From the IMG/VR virus record IMGVR_UViG_3300044670_001784, positions 1 to 34,086 of that record: a stretch of DNA of 34,086 nt. One strand, 5' to 3'. A program made the translations under genes and the position numbers. Below the pieces are notes generated by a model that did no database searches, was not told the DNA's origin, and saw only the letters and a list, made by a program, of their open reading frames with translations. This DNA is from a virus. Its lineage: Duplodnaviria > Caudoviricetes. Of the stretch, positions 1 through 7,722 are shown piece by piece (the stretch's first letter is position 1; each line of letters starts with the position of its first letter).

Positions 1-61
1 ACCCGCTATCTTTTTGAGCGCCGCTGTTTCGCCGCTCAAATCATATGTAGATAAAGCTGGC

Positions 62-277
62 GCGACAGTGCGCCAGTTATATATCTATATATATGGGCAA
101 CTGTCGCACTGTCGCACATTCTCTAAGTCATTGATTCTATTATACTTAATCGTCTAAAAATGAACTGTCGCAGAAAACAAACTGTCGCAACTGTCGCACT
201 TTTGGCTACAGGCCGCGTATTTACTGGCTGCGACAGTTATTTGGGGCAACTGTCGCACAACTGTCGCAACTGTCGCA
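62..277. repeat. Iteron array (AACTGTCGCA), probable replication origin
   Basis: Perfect AACTGTCGCA at 99-108, 163-172, 180-189, 189-198, 248-257, 259-268 and 268-277 (+) and 229-238 (-); partial or variant copies at 108-116 (+), 62-69 and 69-78 (-); AT-alternating tract 78-94; lies downstream of the primase-helicase operon. Confidence 0.85.
124..136 (-). promoter_or_regulatory. IHF binding site
   Basis: Minus strand AATCAATGACTTA is an exact match to the IHF consensus WATCAANNNNTTR, located between iteron clusters. Confidence 0.6.
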
Positions 278-284
278 GGCTTTT

Positions 285-761
285 TCAGTGGTTGCTGTTT
301 TGTTGCTCATAAATCGTCCTTATCCACCACTCAAACTCACCGACATCGAGGACATGGCGCATGATATTTACTTGGTAACAGACGAGTTGGATGTTGCCAG
401 GGACGTAATGTTCAGCGTTATTGATGCGATCGATTGATGCATTCAAGGGCATTTTCTTGTTATAAGCGCCGCGGTGATGCGTCATATTTAGGCCACTGAC
501 AGCGCATTTACCGTCTTGCGCATGCCAAAGGTCAATGATGTATTGGTTGTCGATGGTCCACTTGAAGCCCTTTTTGACGCGGCCATGCTTGAGCTGCTGG
601 GCTGATCTGGTCAGATATTTGGTGGGTGAGCTGTTGACAACGCGCTGTCGCTTTAAACGAATGCAATCAATGCAGCGCTTGGCCGCAAGCTTGCTGGGGA
701 AATAAGCTGTTGTTGGTTTTGCTTTGTTACAAACTTTGCACGTTACTTTGGAACTGTCCAT
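285..761 (-). CDS. HNH-type (His-Me finger) endonuclease with N-terminal Zn-finger
   Basis: N-terminal CxxC...CxxC; C-terminal CAVSG...SIDRINN..HYVPGNIQLVC..VN is typical of phage HNH-like nucleases; start overlaps the primase stop. Confidence 0.75.
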   Translation of the reverse strand: MDSSKVTCKVCNKAKPTTAYFPSKLAAKRCIDCIRLKRQRVVNSSPTKYLTRSAQQLKHGRVKKGFKWTIDNQYIIDLWHAQDGKCAVSGLNMTHHRGAYNKKMPLNASIDRINNAEHYVPGNIQLVCYQVNIMRHVLDVGEFEWWIRTIYEQQNSNH

Positions 762-2641
762 ATGGGAGCGCCGCCGACCTCGATATACTTTCGCATATGC
801 CGTGAATTGTCGGCCCGCTCAACGACCTTGAGCTCTCTATTCTGTATCCAGGTAGAAAGCAGTTGCTTAATTTTACTCTTATTTTCCGCAACGAGGTGAT
901 CTAATTCCAGCACGTTGGCTACCGCGATCCCGGCCCAATTCTTAGCCCTGACATCCTCGCGCCATTCATCGCTCCTGATCTCTGCCTGCACCGCATGCAA
1001 ATCTGCCAAAGTAATCTCATCAAAAGGATCAGGCCATTGCCACGATTCCGGTACGCCCACATTATCCCCATTATCAAGCTGCACAGAAATCATCTGCCGC
1101 CAAGAGCTGTCGCGACTAGGCGGAGCCAGGTTATCTTTGCTGTCTCCCTCCCGGCTGAAGCGCCATCGATCTGCCTCATCTATCCCGGCATTGCGAGCCT
1201 CTTCATAGGTCATGCTCATCAATCGCCTGACGTGCCTAGCTGCATCCGTTAAGGAGCTTGCGCCTCTGGCGTCACCATATGAGGCTGACTGTCCGTTCTG
1301 TGCTTTTCTGACGTGGTGTACCAGCTCCACAGCGCAGTTGCCTTGCTCTGCGATTTTGCCCCAGGTTTTCACGACCAGGTCCATCGCGCCATTATCATTC
1401 TCATTGAGCTTGTGACTACTAACGAACGGATCGACGATGATGACATCTATCGAGTTCGCCTTGATGTAATTAAGAATGATGTCGGCTGCCGGCAAAATGA
1501 TTGGCTCGCCGCCCCGGTTCTCAGCAATCACAACGCTGCTGTCGCGACCTGAGTTGACGAATAGGTTGCCAGCATAATCATCAGCGTCGATTTGATGATG
1601 TACAGCAATGCCGGCCAATCGTCTTTTAAGCTCATCTAAAGGGTCTTCGAGATTCCACACCCAAACCTTACGCTTCGGCGTCTCTATCCCAAGGAGCGGG
1701 ATTCCTGACGCCATAGCCATTGCTTCCGTTAACGTTAGCGCCGTCTTGCCGGTGCCCCCGGCAGCGACCGTAACGCTCAAAAATTTACGTATATAGTGGC
1801 GGCCATACACCCACTCTCGCTTCGGCAGCGCCGCAATGTTGCCGATATCCAGCGCCATCGGTGCCAGCGCATCAGTAATCTGTTCTATCTCTTCGGCTGT
1901 CGCGACTTCTTTTGTTTCGGCCCAGCCCTTGTCTCTAGCGCCTTTGATGGCCACCGCAAATTCGGCAAAGGTTTGTTCATGCGTATAGCCAGCTTGAGTC
2001 CAGCCGGTTGCAGTGCGCAAAATGTCATCGTCGCTTAATCCTCTTTGGACTTGCGCACCAACGTATCTGATCATCTCGTCGTGCCAACCGCCCTGACTAG
2101 CATTCAATAATGGTTTTGGCTGGTTCTCATGCGTGATCTTTTCAAGATCGGTAGCAGACAACATGGGAAGCTCTCGCCAATCGCCAGGAACGCCCTGGTC
2201 GATCGTCTCTTTATATACGGCGCCGCTACTATGAACGGAACCAGCAGCGATAACGATGCCACCGTTGCCCCTGACATCGATCTTGCTGTCGGGGTCAGTG
2301 CTATTCGTTATTGGAAAATCAGGGTTGGCTTGATAATAGAAGTGACGACCTCGCGCTGTCGCGACTGTTCTTGATGTGTAAGGCAAATGCTTCTTCACCC
2401 AGGCTTCGGCTTCAGCGCTGTCAGCGTCCACCACCACAACCTCTTTGCCGGTGACGATCGCCCAATTGCAACCAGTGAATCTTGCGCTACTAGCAAAGTA
2501 TTCAAACTCGTCTTCGCTGACTTCTTTGCCTTGGTATTTTTGCCAGTTAACGAGAGGGATTTTCTCTCGCGCTGGGATGATTGTTAAGCCTTCCTCGAAG
2601 AGCGCTCTCGCTTTATCCACGGGTTCGACAGCCTCAATCAT
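743..2641 (-). CDS. Bifunctional primase/polymerase (Prim-Pol) fused to a RepA/AAA_25-type helicase
   Basis: Prim-Pol motifs NWAIVTG..VVVDAD, TARGRHFYY, IDVRGNGGIV..GS; Walker A AAGGTGKT, Walker B VIIVDP, LVHHVRK and RGASSL motifs. Confidence 0.9.
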   Translation of the reverse strand: MIEAVEPVDKARALFEEGLTIIPAREKIPLVNWQKYQGKEVSEDEFEYFASSARFTGCNWAIVTGKEVVVVDADSAEAEAWVKKHLPYTSRTVATARGRHFYYQANPDFPITNSTDPDSKIDVRGNGGIVIAAGSVHSSGAVYKETIDQGVPGDWRELPMLSATDLEKITHENQPKPLLNASQGGWHDEMIRYVGAQVQRGLSDDDILRTATGWTQAGYTHEQTFAEFAVAIKGARDKGWAETKEVATAEEIEQITDALAPMALDIGNIAALPKREWVYGRHYIRKFLSVTVAAGGTGKTALTLTEAMAMASGIPLLGIETPKRKVWVWNLEDPLDELKRRLAGIAVHHQIDADDYAGNLFVNSGRDSSVVIAENRGGEPIILPAADIILNYIKANSIDVIIVDPFVSSHKLNENDNGAMDLVVKTWGKIAEQGNCAVELVHHVRKAQNGQSASYGDARGASSLTDAARHVRRLMSMTYEEARNAGIDEADRWRFSREGDSKDNLAPPSRDSSWRQMISVQLDNGDNVGVPESWQWPDPFDEITLADLHAVQAEIRSDEWREDVRAKNWAGIAVANVLELDHLVAENKSKIKQLLSTWIQNRELKVVERADNSRHMRKYIEVGGAPIWTVPK

Positions 2642-2828
2642 TTGAGCCCCAAAGGTCCGGACGGATATCAGATTTCTCGATGCTCATCAGCAAAGAAATC
2701 TCTGCTGCCCTTTCGGCGGGTATGCCTTTGCTGCTACGCTTCCACTTATAAATCGCATTGCGACTTAGCCCAAGCTGATTTGCCATGTCGCTTACGTTGA
2801 TTCCTCGCCAAAAAACTTCCGGTGTCAT
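2634..2828 (-). CDS. cro: Cro-like (YdaS-type) HTH regulator
   Basis: 64 aa; HTH MANQLGLSRNAIYKW, GIPAERA and C-terminal IRPDLW; divergent from the repressor and upstream of the replication gene. Confidence 0.85.
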   Translation of the reverse strand: MTPEVFWRGINVSDMANQLGLSRNAIYKWKRSSKGIPAERAAEISLLMSIEKSDIRPDLWGSND

Positions 2829-2854
2829 TGCGCTGCTCGTCCATGAAAAACCCG

Positions 2855-2883
2855 ACTGTAAACTAAAATGTTACAGCAGTAAA
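2855..2883 (-). promoter_or_regulatory. Putative leftward (cro) sigma70 promoter overlapped by an operator
   Basis: Minus strand TTTACT-17 bp-TACAGT; operator-like TGTAAACTAAAATGTTACA at 2857-2875. Confidence 0.5.
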
Positions 2884-2916
2884 CCTGCAAGATTACAATT
2901 TGCTTACATCAAGCTA

Positions 2917-2945
2917 TTGCTATTAGTCAACCGGAGGTTTACATT
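2917..2945 (+). promoter_or_regulatory. Putative rightward (cI) sigma70 promoter overlapped by an operator
   Basis: TTGCTA-17 bp-TACATT; operator-like AGTCAACCGGAGGTTTACA at 2925-2943; strong RBS GAGGAGG at 2961-2967. Confidence 0.5.
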
Positions 2946-2978
2946 TAGCATTCACTTATCGAGGAGGAGACGTGAAAA

Positions 2979-3359
2979 ATGGAAAAAACGCCGTTTAATC
3001 AGCGGATTAAGACTTTACGACAAGCCAGAGGAATGAGCCTGAGACACATGGCTGAAGAACTAGAAAATTATGGTGTCAAAGTAAGTCACAATGCAATCGC
3101 GAAGTGGGAACAAGAACGTCTGCCTGGGGCAACGCGATTGCCAAGTAAAGAAGTTGTTAGCGCCCTGTGCAAGTTGTTCAATGTCAAGCCTTCGTTTCTC
3201 ATCGAAGAAATGTTTGCAGGCGTTGGATCGCGCTCTGATAGTGAGCGCATCAAGCGACTTGAAGATGTTGAGCTGTTGACCGACGATGAATTTGAAGCGC
3301 TAGTTAACGTTAAAGATTTGTTCATAAAAACAAGGATAGTTAAAGCGGGAGAGGGATGA
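2979..3359 (+). CDS. CI-like XRE-family repressor (no peptidase domain)
   Basis: RIKTLRQARGMSLRHMAEEL...SHNAIAKWE...LCKLFNVKPSFL XRE HTH; divergent from cro. Confidence 0.85.
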   Translation: MEKTPFNQRIKTLRQARGMSLRHMAEELENYGVKVSHNAIAKWEQERLPGATRLPSKEVVSALCKLFNVKPSFLIEEMFAGVGSRSDSERIKRLEDVELLTDDEFEALVNVKDLFIKTRIVKAGEG

Positions 3360-3814
3360 AAAAGTTATTAGAGCAAATAGTGAGTAAAGAAGCGTCAGTT
3401 TTTTGCAGAGAGACAATCGATAGAATATACGAAGGAGACACTTATCATTGTTGTAGCACATCTGAATTTGAAATTTGGCACGTTGGAGATTGCTGCGCAT
3501 ACGAGCGCGGTAGACGTTTAAAAGAAGCGGACCCTGAATTAATTTTTTGCGGCGACCTTTGGTCCAGCCCCTCGTTGATGAAGCATCACATGCGAACGAA
3601 TAGATTTGTGGAGCGATTGCGAAATCGTGGGAGCGCATGTTGCGTGATGGAAGTGCGCAATGCGCACATGGTATGGGGGCATGACAAAGACATTTTCAGC
3701 ATCCAAATCCCCGCACATTTGCGTGACGAGATGGTGCGCGCCGCGGCGGCAAATCGGATGTATTCTAAGTCTCCTTTGCTTGGCATCTACATCAACGATG
3801 CAATGATTGCATGA
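3356..3814 (+). CDS. Hypothetical Cys/His-rich protein coupled to the repressor
   Basis: ATGA overlap with the repressor stop; GGAG RBS; 8 Cys (three CC pairs) and 7 His. Confidence 0.7.
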   Translation: MKKLLEQIVSKEASVFCRETIDRIYEGDTYHCCSTSEFEIWHVGDCCAYERGRRLKEADPELIFCGDLWSSPSLMKHHMRTNRFVERLRNRGSACCVMEVRNAHMVWGHDKDIFSIQIPAHLRDEMVRAAAANRMYSKSPLLGIYINDAMIA

Positions 3815-3864
3815 AGTTTACAAAATGCATTTTATGAAACAAATGCGGGACCAATAAAAATTAA

Positions 3865-3907
3865 TGTAACCTTTTAGTAGACATCGATTACAATAATCGT
3901 TTATGCT
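3865..3907 (+). promoter_or_regulatory. Putative early promoter with operator
   Basis: TAGACA(3878-3883)-18 bp-TATGCT(3902-3907); operator-like TGTAACCTTTTAGTAGACA at 3865-3883 covers the -35. Confidence 0.5.
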
Positions 3908-3937
3908 CTGCTCTCAAATTGAGAACGGAGACGAACG

Positions 3938-4363
3938 ATGGATGCACGAGCGAGCGAAGTAATACCTGGCAACAATGAACCCACGTTAGATGTATTAGCC
4001 GAGCAATGGCTGCAACAGAAATTACTGGAAGACGGACACAGAGCTAGACGTGTCGAGATAGAGCAGCAGATGATCCCTCATCTGACTGAGAAGCCCGAAG
4101 GCTCAAGCACCACTAAAACGCGCTTCGGTAGAAAGATCACTCTCACCAACAAAAACAACTATAAGCTTGACGATCTCGAGCTCGAAGAAGTGATCAAGAC
4201 GGTGCCGGCAAACCTGCTGCCGCTTAAAATCAAAACAACGATTGACGTTACGCGCCTCAAGTACATGCGCAACAACGAACCAGAAACCTATCGCAAGATT
4301 GCGAGAGCCTTTACCTCCTCACCCGCAAAGCCCGCCATCAAAATCGTAGGAGGTGCTGAGTAA
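3938..4363 (+). CDS. Phage hypothetical protein, first gene of the recombination module
   Basis: GGAG RBS; N-terminal coiled coil; TAATG coupling to the ATPase gene. Confidence 0.75.
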   Translation: MDARASEVIPGNNEPTLDVLAEQWLQQKLLEDGHRARRVEIEQQMIPHLTEKPEGSSTTKTRFGRKITLTNKNNYKLDDLELEEVIKTVPANLLPLKIKTTIDVTRLKYMRNNEPETYRKIARAFTSSPAKPAIKIVGGAE

Positions 4364-5121
4364 TGGCTATCGATCTATCGGCAATAAAGAAAACAACCGG
4401 CTTGAAGCCCCCCTCGATGATTTTGTTTGGCAGTGCCGGCGTGGGCAAAACTACGTTCGCGGCTGCCGCGCCTAATCCTATCTTTCTACAGACTGAAGCC
4501 GGCGAAGGCGCATTAGAACTATCTGCTTTTCCGCTGATCAAAACCTTTGATGAGCTGTTAGAAGCGATCGCTGCTCTAATAGAGCATGAGCATGATTACT
4601 CGACGTTAGTGCTCGACAGCCTCGATCACCTGGAGCCATTGATTTGGAAGAAGGTTTGCGAGATTGAAGGCAAGAAAAGCATAGAAGAATTTGGCTACGG
4701 CAAAGGTTATGTCTTCGCACTCGATTACTGGCGCCAGTTCCTGGCTGCTATTAACTCGCTGCGCGTTCACAAAAACATGTCGCTGATTCTAATTGCGCAC
4801 ACTCACATCCGCGCCTACAACAGCCCCGACACTGAAGCTTACGATCGGTACGAGATCAAGCTGCATGCAAAAGCATCTGGATTGATTCAGGAATCGGTCG
4901 ATGCGGTCCTGTTTGCCAAGCACAAAATTATTACGAAGAAAGAAGATAAAGGATTTAACCAGACCAGGGTAAGGGGCATTTCTACCGGCGAAAGGTGTTT
5001 GTGTACCACAGAGACACCTGGCTACATCGCAAAAAATCGGTACGGCCTGCCATCAGAAATTGAATTAAGTTGGGCAGCATTTGAACAAGCAATCGTAAAC
5101 GCAACAGCAAAGGAGCAATAA
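4363..5121 (+). CDS. AAA_24 / Sak4-like ATPase (single-strand annealing recombinase)
   Basis: Walker A GSAGVGKTTFAA, TLVLDSLD, FGYGKGY, LIAH and AKNRYGLP motifs. Confidence 0.85.
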   Translation: MAIDLSAIKKTTGLKPPSMILFGSAGVGKTTFAAAAPNPIFLQTEAGEGALELSAFPLIKTFDELLEAIAALIEHEHDYSTLVLDSLDHLEPLIWKKVCEIEGKKSIEEFGYGKGYVFALDYWRQFLAAINSLRVHKNMSLILIAHTHIRAYNSPDTEAYDRYEIKLHAKASGLIQESVDAVLFAKHKIITKKEDKGFNQTRVRGISTGERCLCTTETPGYIAKNRYGLPSEIELSWAAFEQAIVNATAKEQ

Positions 5122-5123
5122 AA

Positions 5124-5627
5124 ATGGCATCACTAAGTTTTAACGTTGATGAAGTAGATGTATCCGATCAACCCACAAAGTACGATCCGATCCCGGAGGA
5201 CATGTACAAGGCTGTCATCATCGACTCAGAAATGAAGCCAACCAAAGCCGGCAATGGCGCTTACCTTGAGCTTAAATTTGAGGTGATCGATAGTCAGTAT
5301 GAAGGCAAGTGGATTAGAGCGCGGTTAAATCTGCAAAACAAAAACCCAAAAGCAGTAGAGATCGCGCAACGAGACCTATCGAGCATTTGTCGCGCTATAG
5401 GCAAACAGGCTATCGCGGACAGCGAAGAGCTGCACCATAAGCCACTGCAAATAAAAGTTGTGATCCAGCCGCCGCGAGGTGAGTACCCGGCAAGCAACGA
5501 GATCAAGGCGTACTTTCCGGCCAACGCGCCTGCGGCTGTCGCGACTCTCCCAGCCCCTGCTGTCGAAACTACACCAGCCCCATCTCCTGCCCCGGCAGCC
5601 GCCGGCAAGAAGCCCTGGGAACAATAG
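5124..5627 (+). CDS. DUF669-like single-stranded DNA-binding protein
   Basis: YDPIPEDMYKAVI...KPTKAGNGAYLELKFEVID...NEIKAY, then a Pro/Ala tail ending KKPWEQ; follows the Sak4-like gene. Confidence 0.8.
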   Translation: MASLSFNVDEVDVSDQPTKYDPIPEDMYKAVIIDSEMKPTKAGNGAYLELKFEVIDSQYEGKWIRARLNLQNKNPKAVEIAQRDLSSICRAIGKQAIADSEELHHKPLQIKVVIQPPRGEYPASNEIKAYFPANAPAAVATLPAPAVETTPAPSPAPAAAGKKPWEQ

Positions 5628-6674
5628 ATGGTTGCTCTACCTGAACCACCCAACACAACACTTTCTGCCGTGGAGCGAGCGGGCGAGAAGGGTCAGGCCG
5701 TCGATGGCGGTCGGGCCCATCTTGGCGGATCAATCATTGGTCGCGAGTGCAAGCGGGAGCTTTGGTTTGGCTTTCGCTGGAGCACAATCGTTGTACATAA
5801 GGCGCGCTTGTTGCGCTTGTTTGCGCGAGGCGCCCGCGAAGAAGATTGGTTTAACCATTTGCTCACTCAAGCTGGCGTAACCGTGTGGGATGTTGACCCG
5901 GACACTAAACAGCAGTTCAGGGTTGAGGAGGTGGGTGGTCATTTTGGCGGAAGTTTAGATGGTGTTGTGCTTGGTTTGACTGAGGCACCATCGATTCCTC
6001 ATGTTTCAGAACAGAAGACGCATGCATTTAAAAGCTTTGAAGATGTCGCAAAAAAAGGCGTTTTGAAAAGCAAGCCCGAACACTACTCGCAAATGCAAGT
6101 GTACATGCACTTAATGAATTTGCCTTGGGCATTCTACCAGGCAGTCAACAAGAACAACGATGATTTGTACTACGAGCGAGTGCAGTACGACAAGGATGCA
6201 GCAGAAGCTCTAATCCGCAAAGCGGAGCACATCATCACAAGCGATCGCCCGCCGGAAGGCATCAGCAACGACCCATCATTCTACAAATGCAAATTCTGCG
6301 ACCACTCGTTTTTGTGTCACGGCTATTCAACGCCGGCGATGAGCTGCCGCACCTGTGCTTTCGCGACCGCAGAAATTGACGGCGATGCCAGGTGGTCGTG
6401 CGCAAAGCATAAGAAAGATATAAGCGTAGAAGATCAGCGCTTGGCATGCGACAAGCATCTATTTATTCCTGAGCTGTTGGAGCCTTGGGCGGAGGTGCTT
6501 GATGGCACTGACGAATTCGTTAGCTATAAAAACAAACTCAATGGCAATGAATTCATTAATGGCCTTAATGGATTTAGCAGCAAAGAGATTAGCGTTTGTG
6601 CAGAGCCAGCAGTATTGGGTGATCTCGTTATCAATGAGCTGAAAGAAAATTTCGATGCGGAAGTTACTGGGTGA
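5628..6674 (+). CDS. Cas4-like PD-(D/E)xK exonuclease
   Basis: HLGGSIIGRECKRELWF, GSLDG, EQKT, HYSQMQVYM; Cys clusters CKFC..C and CRTC...C. Confidence 0.8.
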   Translation: MVALPEPPNTTLSAVERAGEKGQAVDGGRAHLGGSIIGRECKRELWFGFRWSTIVVHKARLLRLFARGAREEDWFNHLLTQAGVTVWDVDPDTKQQFRVEEVGGHFGGSLDGVVLGLTEAPSIPHVSEQKTHAFKSFEDVAKKGVLKSKPEHYSQMQVYMHLMNLPWAFYQAVNKNNDDLYYERVQYDKDAAEALIRKAEHIITSDRPPEGISNDPSFYKCKFCDHSFLCHGYSTPAMSCRTCAFATAEIDGDARWSCAKHKKDISVEDQRLACDKHLFIPELLEPWAEVLDGTDEFVSYKNKLNGNEFINGLNGFSSKEISVCAEPAVLGDLVINELKENFDAEVTG

Positions 6675-6769
6675 AAAATCCCTACGACATTTGGTATAGC
6701 CCAACAGAGCTGGCTATCGCGAAATTAGTTCGCGCAGAAATCAAGCGCGCAAAAGAGGTAAATAGTTAG
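6671..6769 (+). CDS. Small hypothetical peptide (32 aa, MKNPYDIWYSPTELAIAKLVRAEIKRAKEVNS)
   Basis: Not in the ORF track; GTGA overlap with the nuclease stop; exactly fills the gap to the methyltransferase. Confidence 0.55.
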   Translation: MKNPYDIWYSPTELAIAKLVRAEIKRAKEVNS

Positions 6770-7722
6770 TGTGGATACTACCAAACAACCTAAATCTGTC
6801 ATCAGCTTTTGTACCGGATACGCTGGCATCGAGCGAGGACTTGAGCTTGCCGGGCTTGAACTTAGAACACTCTCTTATGTGGAGATCGAAGCCTTCGCCA
6901 TTGCAAACTTGGTCGCGAAGATGGAATCGGGTTCCCTGGATCCGAGCCCTGTCTGGTCGAATCTTAAAACCTTCCCAGCACACTTGTTTCGAGATCGAGT
7001 TGACATCCTTACATCTGGCTATCCCTGTCAGCCTTTCTCAGCCGCAGGAAAGCGCGCCGGAAAAGATGATCCCAGACATCTCTGGCCATACATCAGAGAA
7101 CACATCGATACAATGCGACCTGTTCGATGCTTCTTCGAAAACGTCGAAGGACACATCAGTCTTGGACTCAGAGAAGTCATCGAAGATTTGGAAGAGCTTG
7201 GTTATAAAACGACGTGGGGAATATTTAGCGCGTCTGAAGTCGGCGCGCCGCATCAGCGAAAGCGAGTCTACATCTTGGCCGACTCCGATAGCAAGCGATG
7301 GGCCAAACATGATAGCAAGCAAGGAAGCAGCAGCAAAGGAAAACGAACGGACACAGGGAGGGGTCAGACTATCAGGAGCGGTGCTATTGGAGCAGTGGCC
7401 GACTCCGACAGCAACGGACAACGGCCCCGGACTCGACAGGAACAACCCACGCGGCATTCAGCAGGGCAACGCTCTAGCGACAGCAGTAGCGTGGAAAGCG
7501 AGAGGATGGTGGCCGACTCCAGCAGCACACGAAGCTCGACTCGGTTATCAAGACCGGAGCGATCCGACAAAGAAAGGCACTCAGAAGTCGCTAACAACAG
7601 TAGTGATAGATCAGGCTGGCGGCAGAGCGCAGACCAATGGGCAACTGAACCCGGATTGGGTCGAGTGGTTGATGGGTGTCCCGACAGGGTGGACAGACTT
7701 AGGCTCCTGGGGAATTCAGTAG
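6769..7722 (+). CDS. Overlapping +1-frame methyltransferase beta polypeptide (putative TRD modules and motif IX)
   Basis: 317 open codons; three WPTP modules; GQLNPDWVEWLMGVPTGWT resembles motif IX (LTPRECARLQGFP type). Confidence 0.75.
   Translation: MWILPNNLNLSSAFVPDTLASSEDLSLPGLNLEHSLMWRSKPSPLQTWSRRWNRVPWIRALSGRILKPSQHTCFEIELTSLHLAIPVSLSQPQESAPEKMIPDISGHTSENTSIQCDLFDASSKTSKDTSVLDSEKSSKIWKSLVIKRRGEYLARLKSARRISESESTSWPTPIASDGPNMIASKEAAAKENERTQGGVRLSGAVLLEQWPTPTATDNGPGLDRNNPRGIQQGNALATAVAWKARGWWPTPAAHEARLGYQDRSDPTKKGTQKSLTTVVIDQAGGRAQTNGQLNPDWVEWLMGVPTGWTDLGSWGIQ

Noticed and set aside
62-277. Repeat cluster as a CRISPR array (a Cas4-like gene is nearby)
   Set aside because: Units are only 10 bp, irregularly spaced and in both orientations, with no unique 30-40 bp spacers and no cas1/cas2.
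3816-3840. AT-rich palindrome AAAATGCATTTT as a terminator
   Set aside because: The stem is weak with no loop or GC core; it could be a protein-binding site, but there is no supporting second copy.
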